From Eledone cirrhosa (lineage: Eukaryota): DNA of 64,000 nt. Within the stretch, counting starts at the first letter, position 1. Each line of letters begins with the position of its first letter. The DNA lies in NCBI GenBank assembly GCA_964016885.1, contig OZ024761.1, positions 24,986,001 to 25,050,000 of the forward strand. Reading direction: 5' to 3'. Below the pieces are notes generated by a model. That model had not been told where the DNA came from and did no database searches. It saw only the letters and a program-made list of their open reading frames with translations. A program made the position numbers and the translations under genes. Below, one piece after another: positions 14,520 through 31,228 of this stretch.

Positions 14520-15043
14520 TGTCCTCTCTTCTCCTTCATACTCATTTTACCTATTTAAATTTTCTTTCCTTCGTATTTTCTATTTTTTTCTTTTCTTTCT
14601 TACCTCCTTCCATTTTTCTTTTTTAATTTCTATATTTCTTTCTTTCTTTCTTTCCTTCTTTCATTCTTTCCCATCGCTCAGTCTAACTTCTTCATTATCC
14701 ATCCCTCATTATTTCCCCTTACCGTTTATTCTCTCCACCTAGCTTCACTCTCCTGTTACACCTACCTAACTTCTCTTCTTGTCCTCTTCAGCTCATACGT
14801 TCTCGTTAACTCATGCCACCTTATCTCTCTCTCTCTCTCTCTTAATCATCTTATCTTCCCATTCACAATTCTCTGTCTATTTCTCCTGTTACTTAACTAG
14901 CTCCGCTATCCTTTCCTTCTCATCCTTATTTAACTTCTCAAGCTTTCATTTCATAGCTCTCTCGTACTTCTTCATTACCTTTCTCGTCTATTTCTCACTC
15001 TCCCTATTTTATTTGCTTCTTTCTACTGTAAGCTATCAAACAT

Positions 15044-15096
<53 letters not shown>

Positions 15097-16330
15097 GGCT
15101 CTGTCTCACTTTCTCATTTCTCACTCCCTCTCTCTCTCTTCTCTGCTTCTTTCTCCTTCAAGCTATCTAATCCCTCTCTCTGTCTCTCTCCCATCATTGT
15201 CTCTCATTTCTCACTCACTCTCTCCTTTGCTTCTTTCTATTTTAAGCTATCCATCTCTCTCTCTCTATCTCTCTAATCTCTGTCTCTCTCCTTCCCATCG
15301 CTCTTTCTCACTTTCATATTTCTCACTTACTCTCTTCTCTGCTTTGTACTTAAAGCTATCAAGCTCTCTAATAACTCTCTCTCTCTCTATCTCTGTATCT
15401 ATATATCTCATCATTGTTTCACTTTCCCATTACTCATCCATTGACCTCTCATTCTTTCTTCTTTGATTTACCCGAATTCTCTTACTTTCCTTGTCTGTCC
15501 AGTTCTCAATCTCTCCCTCTGTATACCTTACAATCCCCGCCCCCCTCTCTATTATAGTTCCTCTCTCCATTATATCTAACTCACTGTTGCGCCATTCACC
15601 TTTGCTATCTCAAATTATCTGCTTTAGTTGCAGAAATAGTGTAGAATTATTCTTCAGCAGAACTTTTAAGTGATAGCGTCTCTCTCTCTCTCTCTCTCTG
15701 TATTTTTCGTTCTTTCTTTCTGTCTCTATATCTCCTTGCAATCATTCTCTCTCTCTTTCAGTCATTATTTCTGAGAGTTTCCTTTTCTCTCTTTCTCTCT
15801 CTGTCATTCATTATCTTTCTCTCTCCGTCTCGCTTTTCACTCATCGTCTCTCTCTCTCATTCTCCCCCTCTCTTTCTCTGATTTTCAATCTCTCAGTCTG
15901 GTTCTTTCATTATCTCACAGATATTCTCTCCCTATGTCTCCCTCACTCCCTATATCTCCCCCCTTCTCTCCTTCTCTGTCTTTGCCACTCATTATCTCAC
16001 AGACATTCTCTCCCTCTCTTCCTATATCTAGCTCTCCTTCACTGTCTCTTCCACTCATTATCTCACAGACATTCTCTCCCTCTCTCTATATATATCTCTC
16101 TCCCTATATGTAGCTCTCCTTCTCTGTCTCTTCCACTCATTATCTCACAGATGGTCTTTCCCTCTCTCTCTCCTTATATCTAGCTCTCCTTCTCTGTCTC
16201 TTCCACTCATTATCTCACAGACATTCTCTCCCTCTCTCTATATATCTCTCTCCCTATATCTAGCTCTCCCTATATCTAGCTCTCCTTCTCTGTCTCTTCC
16301 ACTCATTATCTCCAGATAGTCTCTCCCTAT
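14520..16330. repeat. Pyrimidine-rich (CT)n region ending in a 60-80 bp minisatellite (TCTCCTTCTCTGTCTCTTCCACTCATTATCTCACAGACATTCTCTCCC), 15900-16330
   Basis: CATTATCTCACAGA recurs about 6 times. Confidence 0.85.
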
Positions 16331-16517
16331 ATCATGCGCCAAACTTAATTAGAAAAATGGACTATTAGTGATATGTTTCAAGGTTTTAGTTATCTTTATA
16401 GTTATCGTATACAGACAACTCATGTTGTTGCTCTGGTTGCTCTAATAGTGTTTGTTGTTGCTGCTACAGTGTTTGTTGTTGCCGTTTCACTTGGCTCGAT
16501 AACATCATATTAATGCG

Positions 16518-16579
<62 letters not shown>

Positions 16580-16755
16580 CATATACATATGTGTATATGT
16601 GTGTGTGTGTCCATGTGTCTATACACACACACATATATATATATATATATATGTCCATACATGTGTGTATATATATATATGTCCATACATGTTTGTGTAT
16701 ATATCTATCTCTATATATATATGTATAAATATGTGTATATATAAATGTCCATACA

Positions 16756-16894
<139 letters not shown>

Positions 16895-16991
16895 GTGTAT
16901 ATATAAATGTCCATACATGTGTGTGTATATATATATATGTATATATATAAATGTCCATACATGTGTGTGTGTATATATAAATGTCCATACA

Positions 16992-17024
<33 letters not shown>

Positions 17025-17408
17025 CTATAGTTAGTAGATGCACAGATTTATAAATATTTTATTAAACATTATATATACAGCTATATCATTACACAGCTCC
17101 TAATCATATCTCACGTACACGTTCCTCTAGTGTTATACCTGTTATTTCTCGCATGTTATGTTATAGGACGATCTCATTATGGCTTTTCCATATTTAAATA
17201 TCGAGGTGACTGAGGATCGGTAGCAATATATTAACTGCCAATGAAAGTAACTGCCAAAGAGCAGGTTTGCATATACAGCCAATTCTTTTAACGTGCTAGG
17301 AATACCAGCCAAATATTTCTTATTTTAACACCACCATGGCTGATCGTAGTGTCTAGCGCACACCTTATCAGAAGAGTACATTTATGAGGGTTATCAATTC
17401 ATATATGT

Positions 17409-17592
17409 GTGGATTGGCAGTATCGGTAGAGAGTCGGACGCCATGCTTTCCAGCATAATTACGTCCCTTTACGGTCTGAGTTCAAATCCCGCCGAGGTTC
17501 ACTTTGCCTTTCATCCTGACGGGGTCGATAAAATAAAGTACCAGTAATGTACTGGTGTAATTGATGGCCTTGTGCCAAAGGTAGACACAATT
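17409..17592 (+). mobile_element. Near full-length tRNA-derived SINE (about 185 bp)
   Basis: A-box-like TGGCAGTATCGGT, B-box GAGTTCAAATCC, family core and tail. Confidence 0.92.
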
Positions 17593-17745
17593 AATTCATA
17601 TATATCCAATGATAAATGCGAGGAATGAATCGGAAATGTCCCTACTGCAGTTTCATTGACTGGTCTGCAGCACTAGTACACCAACACTTGAACCTACTGT
17701 AACTCCACGTTGCACTCCCTGGATCTCTATATATATATATATAAT

Positions 17746-17805
17746 AACGAAGGAAAAGTGGTAAGGAACCAGGTGGACCATAACGCACCAAAGTACCCAA
17801 TACTT
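17746..17805 (+). mobile_element. Family C element terminus (AACGAAGGAAA.GTGGTAAGGAACCAGGTGGACCATAACGCACC) in (TA)n
   Basis: About 10 homologous copies in the window. Confidence 0.85.
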
Positions 17806-17848
17806 ATAATATATATATTATATACTATATAATATATATATACTATAT

Positions 17849-18035
17849 AATTGTTTCTACCTTTGGCACAAGGCCAGCAATTATCCAGTACATTACTGGT
17901 ACTTTATTTTATCGACCCCGCAAGGATGAAAGGCAAAGTCAACCTCGGCGGGATTTGAACTCAGATCGTAAAGGGACGTAACTATGCTGGAAAGCATGGC
18001 GTCCGACCCTCTACCGATACTGCCAATCCACCGCC
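17849..18035 (-). mobile_element. Full-length tRNA-derived SINE flanked by TATATACTATATA
   Basis: Nearly identical to 30522-30708; the same AT motif lies on both sides (probable target-site duplication). Confidence 0.92.
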
Positions 18036-18156
18036 TTATATACTATATATACTATATAATATGTATATATATATATATATATAGAAGTAGTATAGAAGTA
18101 GTAATACAAGTAGTAACACAACAGTTAGTTCACCATATCGAGAACAATTGTTTCAC

Positions 18157-18325
18157 CTTAAGCGAATCTTCTGCTCGGACTTCTACCAAACTCGTCCCAC
18201 GGACTGAGTGCTCTACCACTACGGATATTGCCTTCCATAAAAAATGGAATTGAGAAATTTGTTGAAGGCTCATACGTCGATACACAACGGCAGAGTTCAT
18301 AATTCCCCCATTTTCCATATATATC
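18157..18325 (-). CDS. Candidate 169-nt exon (IYMENGGIMNSAVVYRRMSLQQISQFHFLWKAISVVVEHSVRGTSLVEVRAEDSLK)
   Basis: Acceptor AGTTTCAG, donor AAG|GTGAAA; phase-2 start matches the phase-2 end of the 32063-32258 candidate. An alternative frame DIYGKWGNYELCRC..RRFA* is also open almost to the end. Confidence 0.4.
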
Positions 18326-18704
18326 CTGAAACTAATATGACTTCGTACATGTTTGACGGTTCCTTGAACTATATATATATACAAACACACAAACATACAT
18401 ACACAAACGCACACATACATATATACATACATATACAAACACACACACACATACATATATACATACATACATAAATACACACACATATAGATGCATACAT
18501 ATACAAACACACATATATACATACATATACAAACAAACAAACACAAACACACATATATACATATACAAACACACATATATACATATATACATATAGATAC
18601 ACACATATATACATGCATACATATACAAACACACATATATACATATATATAAACACACACACACACGCACACATATATACAAACACAGACACACCAACAT
18701 ATAA

Positions 18705-18747
<43 letters not shown>

Positions 18748-18760
18748 CACACATATATAT

Positions 18761-18804
<44 letters not shown>

Positions 18805-19029
18805 ATACATACGTACAATATATATATTAATTCGGCATTCATAGTAACGTCAGGAAAAATACGAAATGAAAGGAATAAGAATGAAAAAGACAATATTGTA
18901 ATGGCGGAAATGAAATAAATACGACACAAGGATGGTGTCCATTTTAACTATACTGTATAAGCTTGAAGGTGAATGAAGTAGAGCGTATCTACAGATATAG
19001 ATACAGCTGTAGACTATATACACACACAC

Positions 19030-19096
<67 letters not shown>

Positions 19097-19187
19097 CATA
19101 CAAACATACATATATTTATACAGACATACAGACATACATACATACATACATATTTATTATATATGTATCTCCCAATATTAATACATA

Positions 19188-19235
<48 letters not shown>

Positions 19236-19297
19236 ATATATATAAAGATATCGATGTGTGTATTTATAAATATATTTATATCATATACGTATATATA

Positions 19298-19329
<32 letters not shown>

Positions 19330-19562
19330 CAAACACACAGTTATATATATATATACAAACACGTATGTGTGTATATATATATATATATATGTGTGTATGT
19401 ATGTATATATGTATATATATAAATATCTACACACACACACATGTATATATATATATACATATATATGTGTGTGTTTATATATAGATGTGTGTTTGTGTGT
19501 ATATATATATATATGCATGTGTGTACATATATATGTGTATGTATATAGATTCGTATATATAT

Positions 19563-19669
<107 letters not shown>

Positions 19670-20065
19670 GGGGAGAGAGTTACAGATAAAGAAGTGTATA
19701 TAGATAAAGATATAGATATAGGGTGTATAAATATACATGAGTGTATACACCGGAAACCTCCTTTGAATACAGAACTACAGAACGTGTGTTGTTGTGTTAT
19801 CACATACTTGGCCTAATACACAAGTTAAAATTGTGTACTGTAGGATTCGCATTGAGGGTTTAGGACGGTTGTGGGTTTTGTGTTTGACTGATTGGCGCTG
19901 GGTGTGAGATGTGTGTGGTTCCTCTGAGGTTCGTGTGTGGAGAGGTAAGTGGAGAAGGGTGTGGTTCGTATGAGGTTCGTGTGTGGGTTATGACCTATTT
20001 TTCTCATCATTTATTCATATACACTTCAGTGGTTATGATTGATGACTGCGATTCAATTATTAATA

Positions 20066-20129
20066 TATGTATAGCTATGTATGTATGTATCGATGGATGT
20101 ATATATGTATGTACGAATGTATGTATATA

Positions 20130-20186
<57 letters not shown>

Positions 20187-20222
20187 GGATGTTTGCAAAT
20201 GTGCTTATATGTATGTTGGTAT

Positions 20223-20269
<47 letters not shown>

Positions 20270-20373
20270 CATACATATTTGTGCATTTACATATATATAT
20301 ATATATGTATAGCTATGTATGTATGTATCGATGGATGTATATATGTATGTACGAATGTATGTATATATATATG

Positions 20374-20422
<49 letters not shown>

Positions 20423-20458
20423 GGATGTTTGCAAATGTGCTTATATGTATGTTGGTAT

Positions 20459-20497
<39 letters not shown>

Positions 20498-20535
20498 CAT
20501 ACATATTTGTGCATTTACATATATATATATATATG
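20066..20535. repeat. Tandem duplication of about 238 bp of a compound microsatellite block
   Basis: ATAGCTATGTATGTATGTATCGATGGATGT and AAGGATGTTTGCAAATGTGC each occur twice, about 236-238 bp apart. Confidence 0.9.
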
Positions 20536-20561
20536 TATGGATATATATATAAATGCACAAA

Positions 20562-20599
<38 letters not shown>

Positions 20600-20602
20600 A
20601 AC

Positions 20603-20636
<34 letters not shown>

Positions 20637-20759
20637 GTATATATATACATATATATATGTATATATATATGTATATATATATGTATATACATATATATAT
20701 ATATGTATATATATACATATATATGTATATATATATGTATATACATATATATATATATG

Positions 20760-20797
<38 letters not shown>

Positions 20798-20837
20798 CAT
20801 ATATATATATATATGTATATACATATATATATATATG

Positions 20838-20913
<76 letters not shown>

Positions 20914-20914
20914 C

Positions 20915-21031
<117 letters not shown>

Positions 21032-21042
21032 CATATATATAC

Positions 21043-21113
<71 letters not shown>

Positions 21114-21142
21114 CATATATACATATATATATATATACATAT

Positions 21143-21217
<75 letters not shown>

Positions 21218-21345
21218 CATATATACATATATATATATACATATATATATGTATATATATATATATACATATATATATGTATATATATATGTATATATAT
21301 ATATATACATATATATAAATATACATATATATAAATATACATATA

Positions 21346-21397
<52 letters not shown>

Positions 21398-21798
21398 TAT
21401 ATATAAATATACATATATATATATATAAATATATAGTTACGTTTACACATTTTTGTGAAGTTATATACATATGTAAGTATAAATATATATATATATACGA
21501 CTATGTGTATGTCTAAAAGTATGTCCAAAATTGTGAATGTACACACCATAATACACAGACAGGCACTCAAATACAGGGACATAGAGAGACACTTACGATT
21601 ATAATTGGATGGGCTCTGTTCGGGTTCAGTGTACTGGTGTATTTAATGTCATATAAGAGACTGTATTAGATACTCATAACGAAAACCCCGTAGAACATCT
21701 TGAATTTAATAAGGGAAAAACATATGCTACATACACACATACACATTGCTGCATATGTATGTGCACACATATGTATGTATGTGTGTGTGTGTACATGA

Positions 21799-21854
<56 letters not shown>

Positions 21855-21982
21855 ATATATATATATATATATATATGTGTGTAAATATATATATATATAT
21901 GTGTATATATATATGTGTATATATATATGTGTATATATACATGTGTATATATACATGTGTGTATGTATGTATGTATGTATCC

Positions 21983-22400
21983 CAGTACAACCTGTCTCAT
22001 GGTCGGGTCATTGCGACTAAACTGGCAACCCCAGCAAGGTTTCTTGGTGAGGAGGGTGACTTTGGACATCCTGCAGGACTAAAACAAAACCTGTCAAAGG
22101 GCAAAGGAGCTCTTAAGTGTCAATGGCCATCCAAAATCACCGGGAGAGATGACCCCTTAGCCTTTGTCAAGGTAGAATTCTAGGAGAAGGAAAACTCTGA
22201 TATAACACCTGCAACTCTGGTGGTATCCAATGATGTTGACTTGTTCTTCTTTTTGGTAAATATCATCTTGGTTAAGAGAGTGGGACTGGCTTTGTGCAGT
22301 GCCTTTGCTCACTATAAAAGCTTCACGGCACAGGCATTGCTTTGTATCTGGAGATCTCTCTGCACTTGTCGTCACATGGTACCATGGGCCCAGCACTATG
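21983..22400 (+). mobile_element. RTE-type LINE 5' UTR-like fragment
   Basis: Motif GACCCCTTAGCC..CTAGGAGAAGGAAAACTCTGA, recalled from RTE 5' regions; no coding domain seen. Confidence 0.5.
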
Positions 22401-22404
22401 TGTC

Positions 22405-22489
22405 AGATTTGAACTCAAACCGTAAAGAGACGTAACTATGCTGGAAAGCATGGCGTCCGACTCTCTACCGATACTGCCAATCCACAGCC
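22405..22489 (-). mobile_element. tRNA-derived SINE head
   Basis: Reverse complement of GGATTGGCAGTATCGGTAGAGAGTCGGACGCC..GAGTTCAAATC. Confidence 0.88.
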
Positions 22490-22641
22490 TATACACACAT
22501 ATACTCATTACACACACACACACACGCACATTATATATATATTATATATATATATATATTATATATATTATATATATATATTATATATATATATTATATA
22601 TATATATATTATATATATATATATATATTATATATACACAC

Positions 22642-22771
22642 CTCCCTTTATGGTCTGAGTTCAAATCCCGCCGAGGTTAACTTTGCCTTTCATACTTACG
22701 GGGTCGATAAAATAAAGTACCAGTAATGCACTAGGATAATTGCTGGCCTTTTGTCAAAAGTAGAAACAATT
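22642..22771 (+). mobile_element. tRNA-derived SINE, 5'-truncated
   Basis: B-box, core and tail match the family. Confidence 0.9.
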
Positions 22772-23017
22772 ATATATATATATTCTTATGCATATCTAAA
22801 TAATTGAAGGATGAAGAGTTTCCTTAATTACATCTGTTTATTCATCAGTAACAATGTATTTTTTCATACATCACCTGTTTGTGCCCATCCTATTCATTAA
22901 CGGTTGGTGTCATACATCATATGTGTCTTCAGCTGAATTGTGTTCAAGCTAACTAATTGAGAAAAGCAACGCCGTCGTTGAAATGAGCGGCTGTCACCTA
23001 TTATCTACATTTCTCAG

Positions 23018-23086
23018 TTATTTATTCAAGCCAAATTGATATGTGTATATCTTACGGTGAGGAACTCTAGGATGGAACGGCATCAG
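23018..23086 (+). CDS. Candidate 69-nt phase 0-0 exon (LFIQAKLICVYLTVRNSRMERHQ)
   Basis: Acceptor CATTTCTCAG, donor CAG|GTAATT, open frame. Confidence 0.2.
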
Positions 23087-23306
23087 GTAATTGCTGCAAA
23101 AAAGGCTGATAAGTAGGAGCCTTCAACTATATTCACTATACACGAAGCCATTGTACTTACATACGTACGTACGTACTTACATACGTACATACTTACATAC
23201 GTACGTACGTACTTACATACGTACGTACGTACTTACATACGTACGTACTTACATACGTACGTACGTACTTACCTACATACAAACATACATACATATATAT
23301 ATATTA

Positions 23307-23502
23307 CAAAGAAAGTGTGGTAAGATACCAGGTGGGCCATAACACACCAGAGTACTCGATACTTAGGGTAGTAAAATGGGTAATAGGAAAAGAGTCAGGA
23401 TCCCGACGGCTGAGTCGGGGCCGTTTTGACAGTTAAATACAAACTTTTCGGATCTAGCTGTCGAAACGGCCGGAGCTCAGCCGTAGGCTCCTGACTCTTG
23501 TT
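23307..23502 (+). mobile_element. Family C palindromic element
   Basis: Family terminus plus inverted arms AGAGTCAGGA..ACGGCTGAG..GCCGTTT / AAACGGC..CTCAGCCGT..TCCTGACTCT. Confidence 0.85.
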
Positions 23503-23530
23503 ATATATATCTACACACACATGATATATT

Positions 23531-23700
23531 AGATTGGCAGTATCGGTAGAAGGTCGGACACCATGCTTTGCAGCATAGAGTTACAGCCCTTGCCATTCTG
23601 ACTTGAAATCCCGCTGAGGTTAATTTTGCCTTTCATCCTTACGGATGTACTAGTAATGCACTGGTTAATTGCTGGCCTTGTGCCAAAAGTAGAAATAATT
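23531..23700 (+). mobile_element. tRNA-derived SINE with an internal deletion
   Basis: Family match. Confidence 0.88.
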
Positions 23701-25249
23701 ATATATATATATATGTATATATAAATCAGGATAGAACCAGTACATAAGTTAAATCATTATTCAACAAAGTAGTCAATACTTGGAGTGTTAGTATGTGGCT
23801 ATAGTATGAAATATTCCGTCTGAAGAAGTCGTGCCAGCTTAAGTTAAGAGTATGTAACTGCGTGCAGAGAGGGCGGAAATGCACACGAAATTCTATTGTT
23901 TGAATTAAATAAAAACAGCATATATCGATATATATAATTGTTTGTGTGTGTGTCTCTTCCTCTCTATGTGTGTGTGTGTATAGAGAGAGAGAGAGTTAGA
24001 GAAAGATGAATAGATAAACGTCCGTCGTAGATACGTGTGTATATATATATGTAATATTTTATAGACCCACCTACGACTATATAGATAATTTCATATTAAA
24101 TTATTTCTACATTTAAATAAATTCATATAACAAGCCTGCTAGGTGTTGACAAATTTTTATTCTTTCATTCAATTAAACTTCTCTCTCTCCCTCTATCTCT
24201 ATTTGTCTCTCTGTTATTATTCTAAACAAATATCGGTGGTAACGCCACTTTTCCTTGGCTTTTGTTTTACTGTTGTTGGTGGTGTTATTATTGTTATTGT
24301 ATTTTATATCGTCATCATCATCGTCATATTTGTTATTATATTCAACCCCACCATTAAGATAGATCAGCACTATCATCATCAACGTCGTCATCATTATTAT
24401 CGTCATTATCACCATTGTAATCATCATTCTCATCATCATGAAAGTCGTCACCATTATCATCATCATCATCATCACCGCATCAGCGTCAGTACACATCAAC
24501 ATCATCATGATCTGATCAACACCATCATCATCACTAACACTAACACCAACACCATCATTACCATCGCCATCACCGAAATCAACACCATCACCAACACCAA
24601 TATTATCACAAACGCCATCACCAACAAGCAACACCAATATTAGCACAATCAACGTAATCAACGCAATCACCATCATTATTATCACTGTCACCACGACCAC
24701 TATTTATAAGCGCCACCACAACCATCATCAGCGCCACCACAACCATCATCATCTTCGTCACCACCGCCATCACCACCAATGGACAACATGTTGATCATCA
24801 CTGTCACAATTACCACCACCATAACGACGACGACCACCACCACCACCACAATTAGCATCATTATTACTGTGGGATATTTCAGAGAATATTATTTTTCCCA
24901 TGTATCTTCCATTTTATTCTTGTCCGTCGGAACGCTGAGAATAATTTGCATAAGTGCGAACGACGACTAATTATATTATCACAAGATGGCGCCACAAATA
25001 TTGTCGTGCGTTGTTCAAGCAAACAATTATTGTATGTAAAATGGAACAACAGCAAAAAGAAAGTTTATGTTAATATCAGTAAAAATATAAATATTTGTAG
25101 GAGAAAAAATGACATATAATATATATATAAACACAGGTAATTCATATATACTATATATATAAATATATATATAAATTTCGTTTTGAAATGGTTTAGCAAG
25201 ATTCTTTATCTGAAATCGTGTGTTGAAACCGATATTGTTATACACACAC

Positions 25250-27680
<2,431 letters not shown>

Positions 27681-27732
27681 TTTCTGAATTTGTTTAGCAA
27701 GATTCTCTATCTGAAATCGTGTGTTGAAACCG

Positions 27733-27834
27733 ATATTGTTATACTTTGGGAGGGTCATGTTGCCAATAAGAAACACACGAACTGGTGCGTGTGTTTCTTA
27801 TTGGCAACATGACCCTCCCAAAGTATAACAATAT
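27733..27834. repeat. Perfect 47-bp inverted repeat with 8-nt loop
   Basis: ATATTGTTATACTTTGGGAGGGTCATGTTGCCAATAAGAAACACACG, loop AACTGGTG, then the exact reverse complement. Confidence 0.95.
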
Positions 27835-28169
27835 ATATATAAATATATATATAAATATATATATATAAATATATATATAAATATATGTATATAAATATAT
27901 ATATAAATGTATATATATAAATATATGTATAAATGTATGTATATAAATGTATGTATATAAATATTATATATATAATATAAATATATATATTATATATAGA
28001 TATAAAAATATATATATATATATAGATATATAAATATATATATATATATATAATTAAATATATATATAAATAAATATATTATATATATATATAATATAAA
28101 TATATATATAATTATATATATATGTATAGATATGTTTATATACGTACATACTACCTGTTAAACGCGGCT

Positions 28170-28221
<52 letters not shown>

Positions 28222-29025
28222 CACATATATGTGTATATATATGTACATATGTATGTAAATATGTATATATATATATACACATATATGTGTACATATACAC
28301 ACATATGAATATATATATATTCACATATATGTGTATATATATACACATATGTATATATATATATAAATGTATATGTGTGTGTGTGTGAATATATATATAT
28401 ATATATATATATATTACGTATGTGTATGCATGTGTATATATATTATATATTATATATATACATATCTTTATATGTGTGCGTGCGTGTGTGTGTGTATGAT
28501 ATTAATATTGTTGATCGCACGCCCTTGTTTGTATTCTATCTTAATTTTGCCTGGTGGGATTATCTAACTTCTCTGTGTATATATCTGTGATGAAATATAT
28601 ATACATATATATATATTATGTATGTATATACTAATATACGTACATGTATGTATATATATATACATACATTTATATATGACTTTTATTGTCGTTCATTCCG
28701 TTCTCTTCAATTCACCCTAATATAATTTTGACATGCAGCACTAATTTTCCTGTGAAATATGAGGTCGTACGTGTTTACCCTCACAAGCGCATACTCAATA
28801 TATATATATATATATAATATATATAATATATATGCACGATTGTATATGTATGTATGTATATAGGTATACTCTTGTGTATCTATATATATATATATGCAAA
28901 AGTTTTATTTTAAGTTGTTGGGATACAATAAGTACATATTTTAGAACTGATATAAAGCACTCGACAAGTTTTTGGAGTAGATATACGATATTAATAAATG
29001 GAAACTATATTTATAAAACCATATT

Positions 29026-29090
29026 TATTTCATTATACTTATTTCAGGGATACCACATTAAATTATGGTATGCCTTCATCAGACAAAATA
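29026..29090 (-). ncRNA. Minimal type I hammerhead ribozyme (minus-strand copy)
   Basis: Reverse complement reads TATTTTGT-CTGATGA-AGG..CCT-GAAA-TAAGTA-TA-ATGAAATA. Confidence 0.65.
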
Positions 29091-29168
29091 CAATATATAA
29101 CAGTTTTACAAATAGCATGGACGTACCCTTTTAAAATGCAACCATTACTGTAAAATTGTTATATATAG

Positions 29169-29233
29169 TATTTTGTCTGATGAAGGCATACCATAATTTA
29201 ATGTGGTATCCCTGAAATATGTATAATGAAATA
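29169..29233 (+). ncRNA. Minimal type I hammerhead ribozyme
   Basis: Stem I TATTTTGT/ATGAAATA (8 bp, 2 GU); core CTGATGA; stem II AGG.ATACCATA/TGTGGTAT.CCT; GAAA; short quasi-palindromic stem III ATATGTAT; cleavage triplet AUA. Confidence 0.7.
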
Positions 29234-29554
29234 AATATGGTTTTATAAATATAGTTTCCATTTATTAATATCGTATATATATATATATATATATTTCTAT
29301 ATTATATAGAAAGACAACAATCCCGAACGTGATATATATATATTTAAAAGTTAATCAGAGAGAGAGAGAGGGACATTATATATACACACATGTGTGTGTG
29401 TGTCTTTGCACACGTGTGAACGTGTCTATAATTCTATGTGTGACTGGGGTTTCGTGTGTGTATGCGTTTGCCTGTGTGTTTAAAGTTGATCTCAGGAGAT
29501 CTTTTCACATTGTTTCAGTATTTAGTGATAGTGTCATCTGTGTAACATTATGTC

Positions 29555-29840
29555 TGGCAGTATTGGTAGAGGTTCGGACGCCATGCTTTGACACATTGAG
29601 TTACGGCCCTTGCCATTCTGAGTTCAAATCCTACCGAGGTTAACTTTGCCTTTCATCCTTACGGGGTCGGTAAAATAAAGTACCAGTAATGCACTGGGGT
29701 AATTGCTGGCCTTGTGCCTAAAGTAGAAACAATTATTATCCGAGGTCAACTTTGCCTTTCATCCTTACGGGATTGATACAATAAAGTACCAGTAATGCAC
29801 TGGGTTGTTGCTAGCCTTGTGCCAAAAGTGGAAACAATTA
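29555..29840 (+). mobile_element. tRNA-derived SINE followed by a tandem partial copy of its 3' half
   Basis: CCGAGGT.AACTTTGCCTTTCATCCTTACGGG..GAAACAATTAT occurs twice. Confidence 0.9.
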
Positions 29841-30009
29841 TGTCTACTACAGTGTCTTTCACCACCTTTATCATCATAATCATATCTTATAATCGCAATC
29901 AACCCCCACATCGCCATCATGTCCATCACTATCATCAAACCCATCATCATGATCGTTGTCCTGATAGTCATCTCCATCAATCTTGACTTCCCTTTTGATG
30001 ACTAAACAG

Positions 30010-30059
30010 AGGCGTTTCTGACCTCTTCTCGTCCTATCGACTTGAAGCCAAGCTACTAG
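30010..30059 (+). CDS. Candidate 50-nt exon (GVSDLFSSYRLEAKLL)
   Basis: Acceptor CCCTTTTGATGACTAAACAG, donor TAG|GTAGGA, one open frame. Confidence 0.25.
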
Positions 30060-30307
30060 GTAGGAGTACACGTGCCATTGTGACGTAATATATATATATA
30101 TATATATATAAAATATTAAAAAAATAATAATGAATAAAACAATGAAACAGTTCCTTATATTAAACAAAAAAAGTTCATTATTTAACGATCGTTTCTGGGA
30201 TATATATGTGTTAGAATTGGCATGTATATTTAACAGATCTATGTACAAAATTATACAAAATTATACAAACTATCAAAATTAAATATACATACCAATATAT
30301 ATTTATT

Positions 30308-30500
30308 TATCCCGGGTTCAATCAGGGGGTAAACACAGTAAGTAACGTAACCAATACATAGACTAAAAATATTTAATATAGAAATGGCATCTACAGGACT
30401 AGAACTGTTTCTTTTGGAGGAAATCATCAGGAAATCTTTAATGATGATTTCCTTCGAATGAAACAGTTCTAATCCTGTAGGAGCCATTCTATATTGAATA
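30308..30500 (-). mobile_element. Family B palindromic element
   Basis: Inverted arms centred near 30435. Confidence 0.8.
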
Positions 30501-30521
30501 TATATATATATTATATATATA

Positions 30522-30705
30522 TAATTGTTTCTACTTTAGGCACAAGGCCAGCAATTACTCAGTGCATTACTGGTACTTTATTTTATCGACCCGTAAGGAT
30601 GAAAGGCAAAGTCAACCTCGGCGGGATTTGAACTCAGATCGTAAAGGGACGTAACTATGCTGGAAAGCATGGCGTCCGACCCTCCACCGATACTGCCAAT
30701 CTACC

Positions 30706-30708
<3 letters not shown>
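30522..30708 (-). mobile_element. Full-length tRNA-derived SINE in (TA)n
   Basis: Family match. Confidence 0.92.
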
Positions 30709-30739
<31 letters not shown>

Positions 30740-30800
30740 GATATCACTATATGAATTTGGATTAACAGCCTTGGTTGCACACACTGACAGATATTACATA

Positions 30801-30901
<101 letters not shown>

Positions 30902-31193
30902 ATTGTCTGTTATATCTCTTACTTCACGCTCCGTTGTGTATATAACCTTGTATTTATTGCTGTGGTAATTGTGATATCAAAGGAAATTAGTGTTTAAAAA
31001 TATACCAATTGTGTTTTCTGTGTATTATTACCGCTGGACGTCTCTAATCTAATTAGACATCGCTACCCACCAATGCGCCCCTGAAAATAATGTCTGACAC
31101 ACTCAACAACAATTACAGCAGAGATTTTAAGATTTATTGTGTAATTTGTATGATGGAATATCCTAGATTTTCTGCTTTTCTGGCATATATACG

Positions 31194-31228
<35 letters not shown>

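Larger units (their letters stand above)
28981..29278. mobile_element. Penelope-like inverted-repeat element, family A (arms about 130 bp, spacer about 40 nt)
   Basis: Arms are near-perfect reverse complements, each with a hammerhead; single-arm homolog at 36060-36222. Confidence 0.8.

Noticed and set aside
17409-17500. tRNA gene
   Set aside because: A/B boxes are too far apart, there is no cloverleaf, and the sequence runs into a multi-copy SINE body
19844-19950. Exon ending at GAG|GTAAGT with an inverted CCAAT box at 19891
   Set aside because: All three frames are closed; it could only be non-coding and has no other support
24981-24992. YY1-like CAAGATGGCGCC (similar CGCCATTTT at about 14313 and 36411)
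   Set aside because: Isolated short motifs without promoter context
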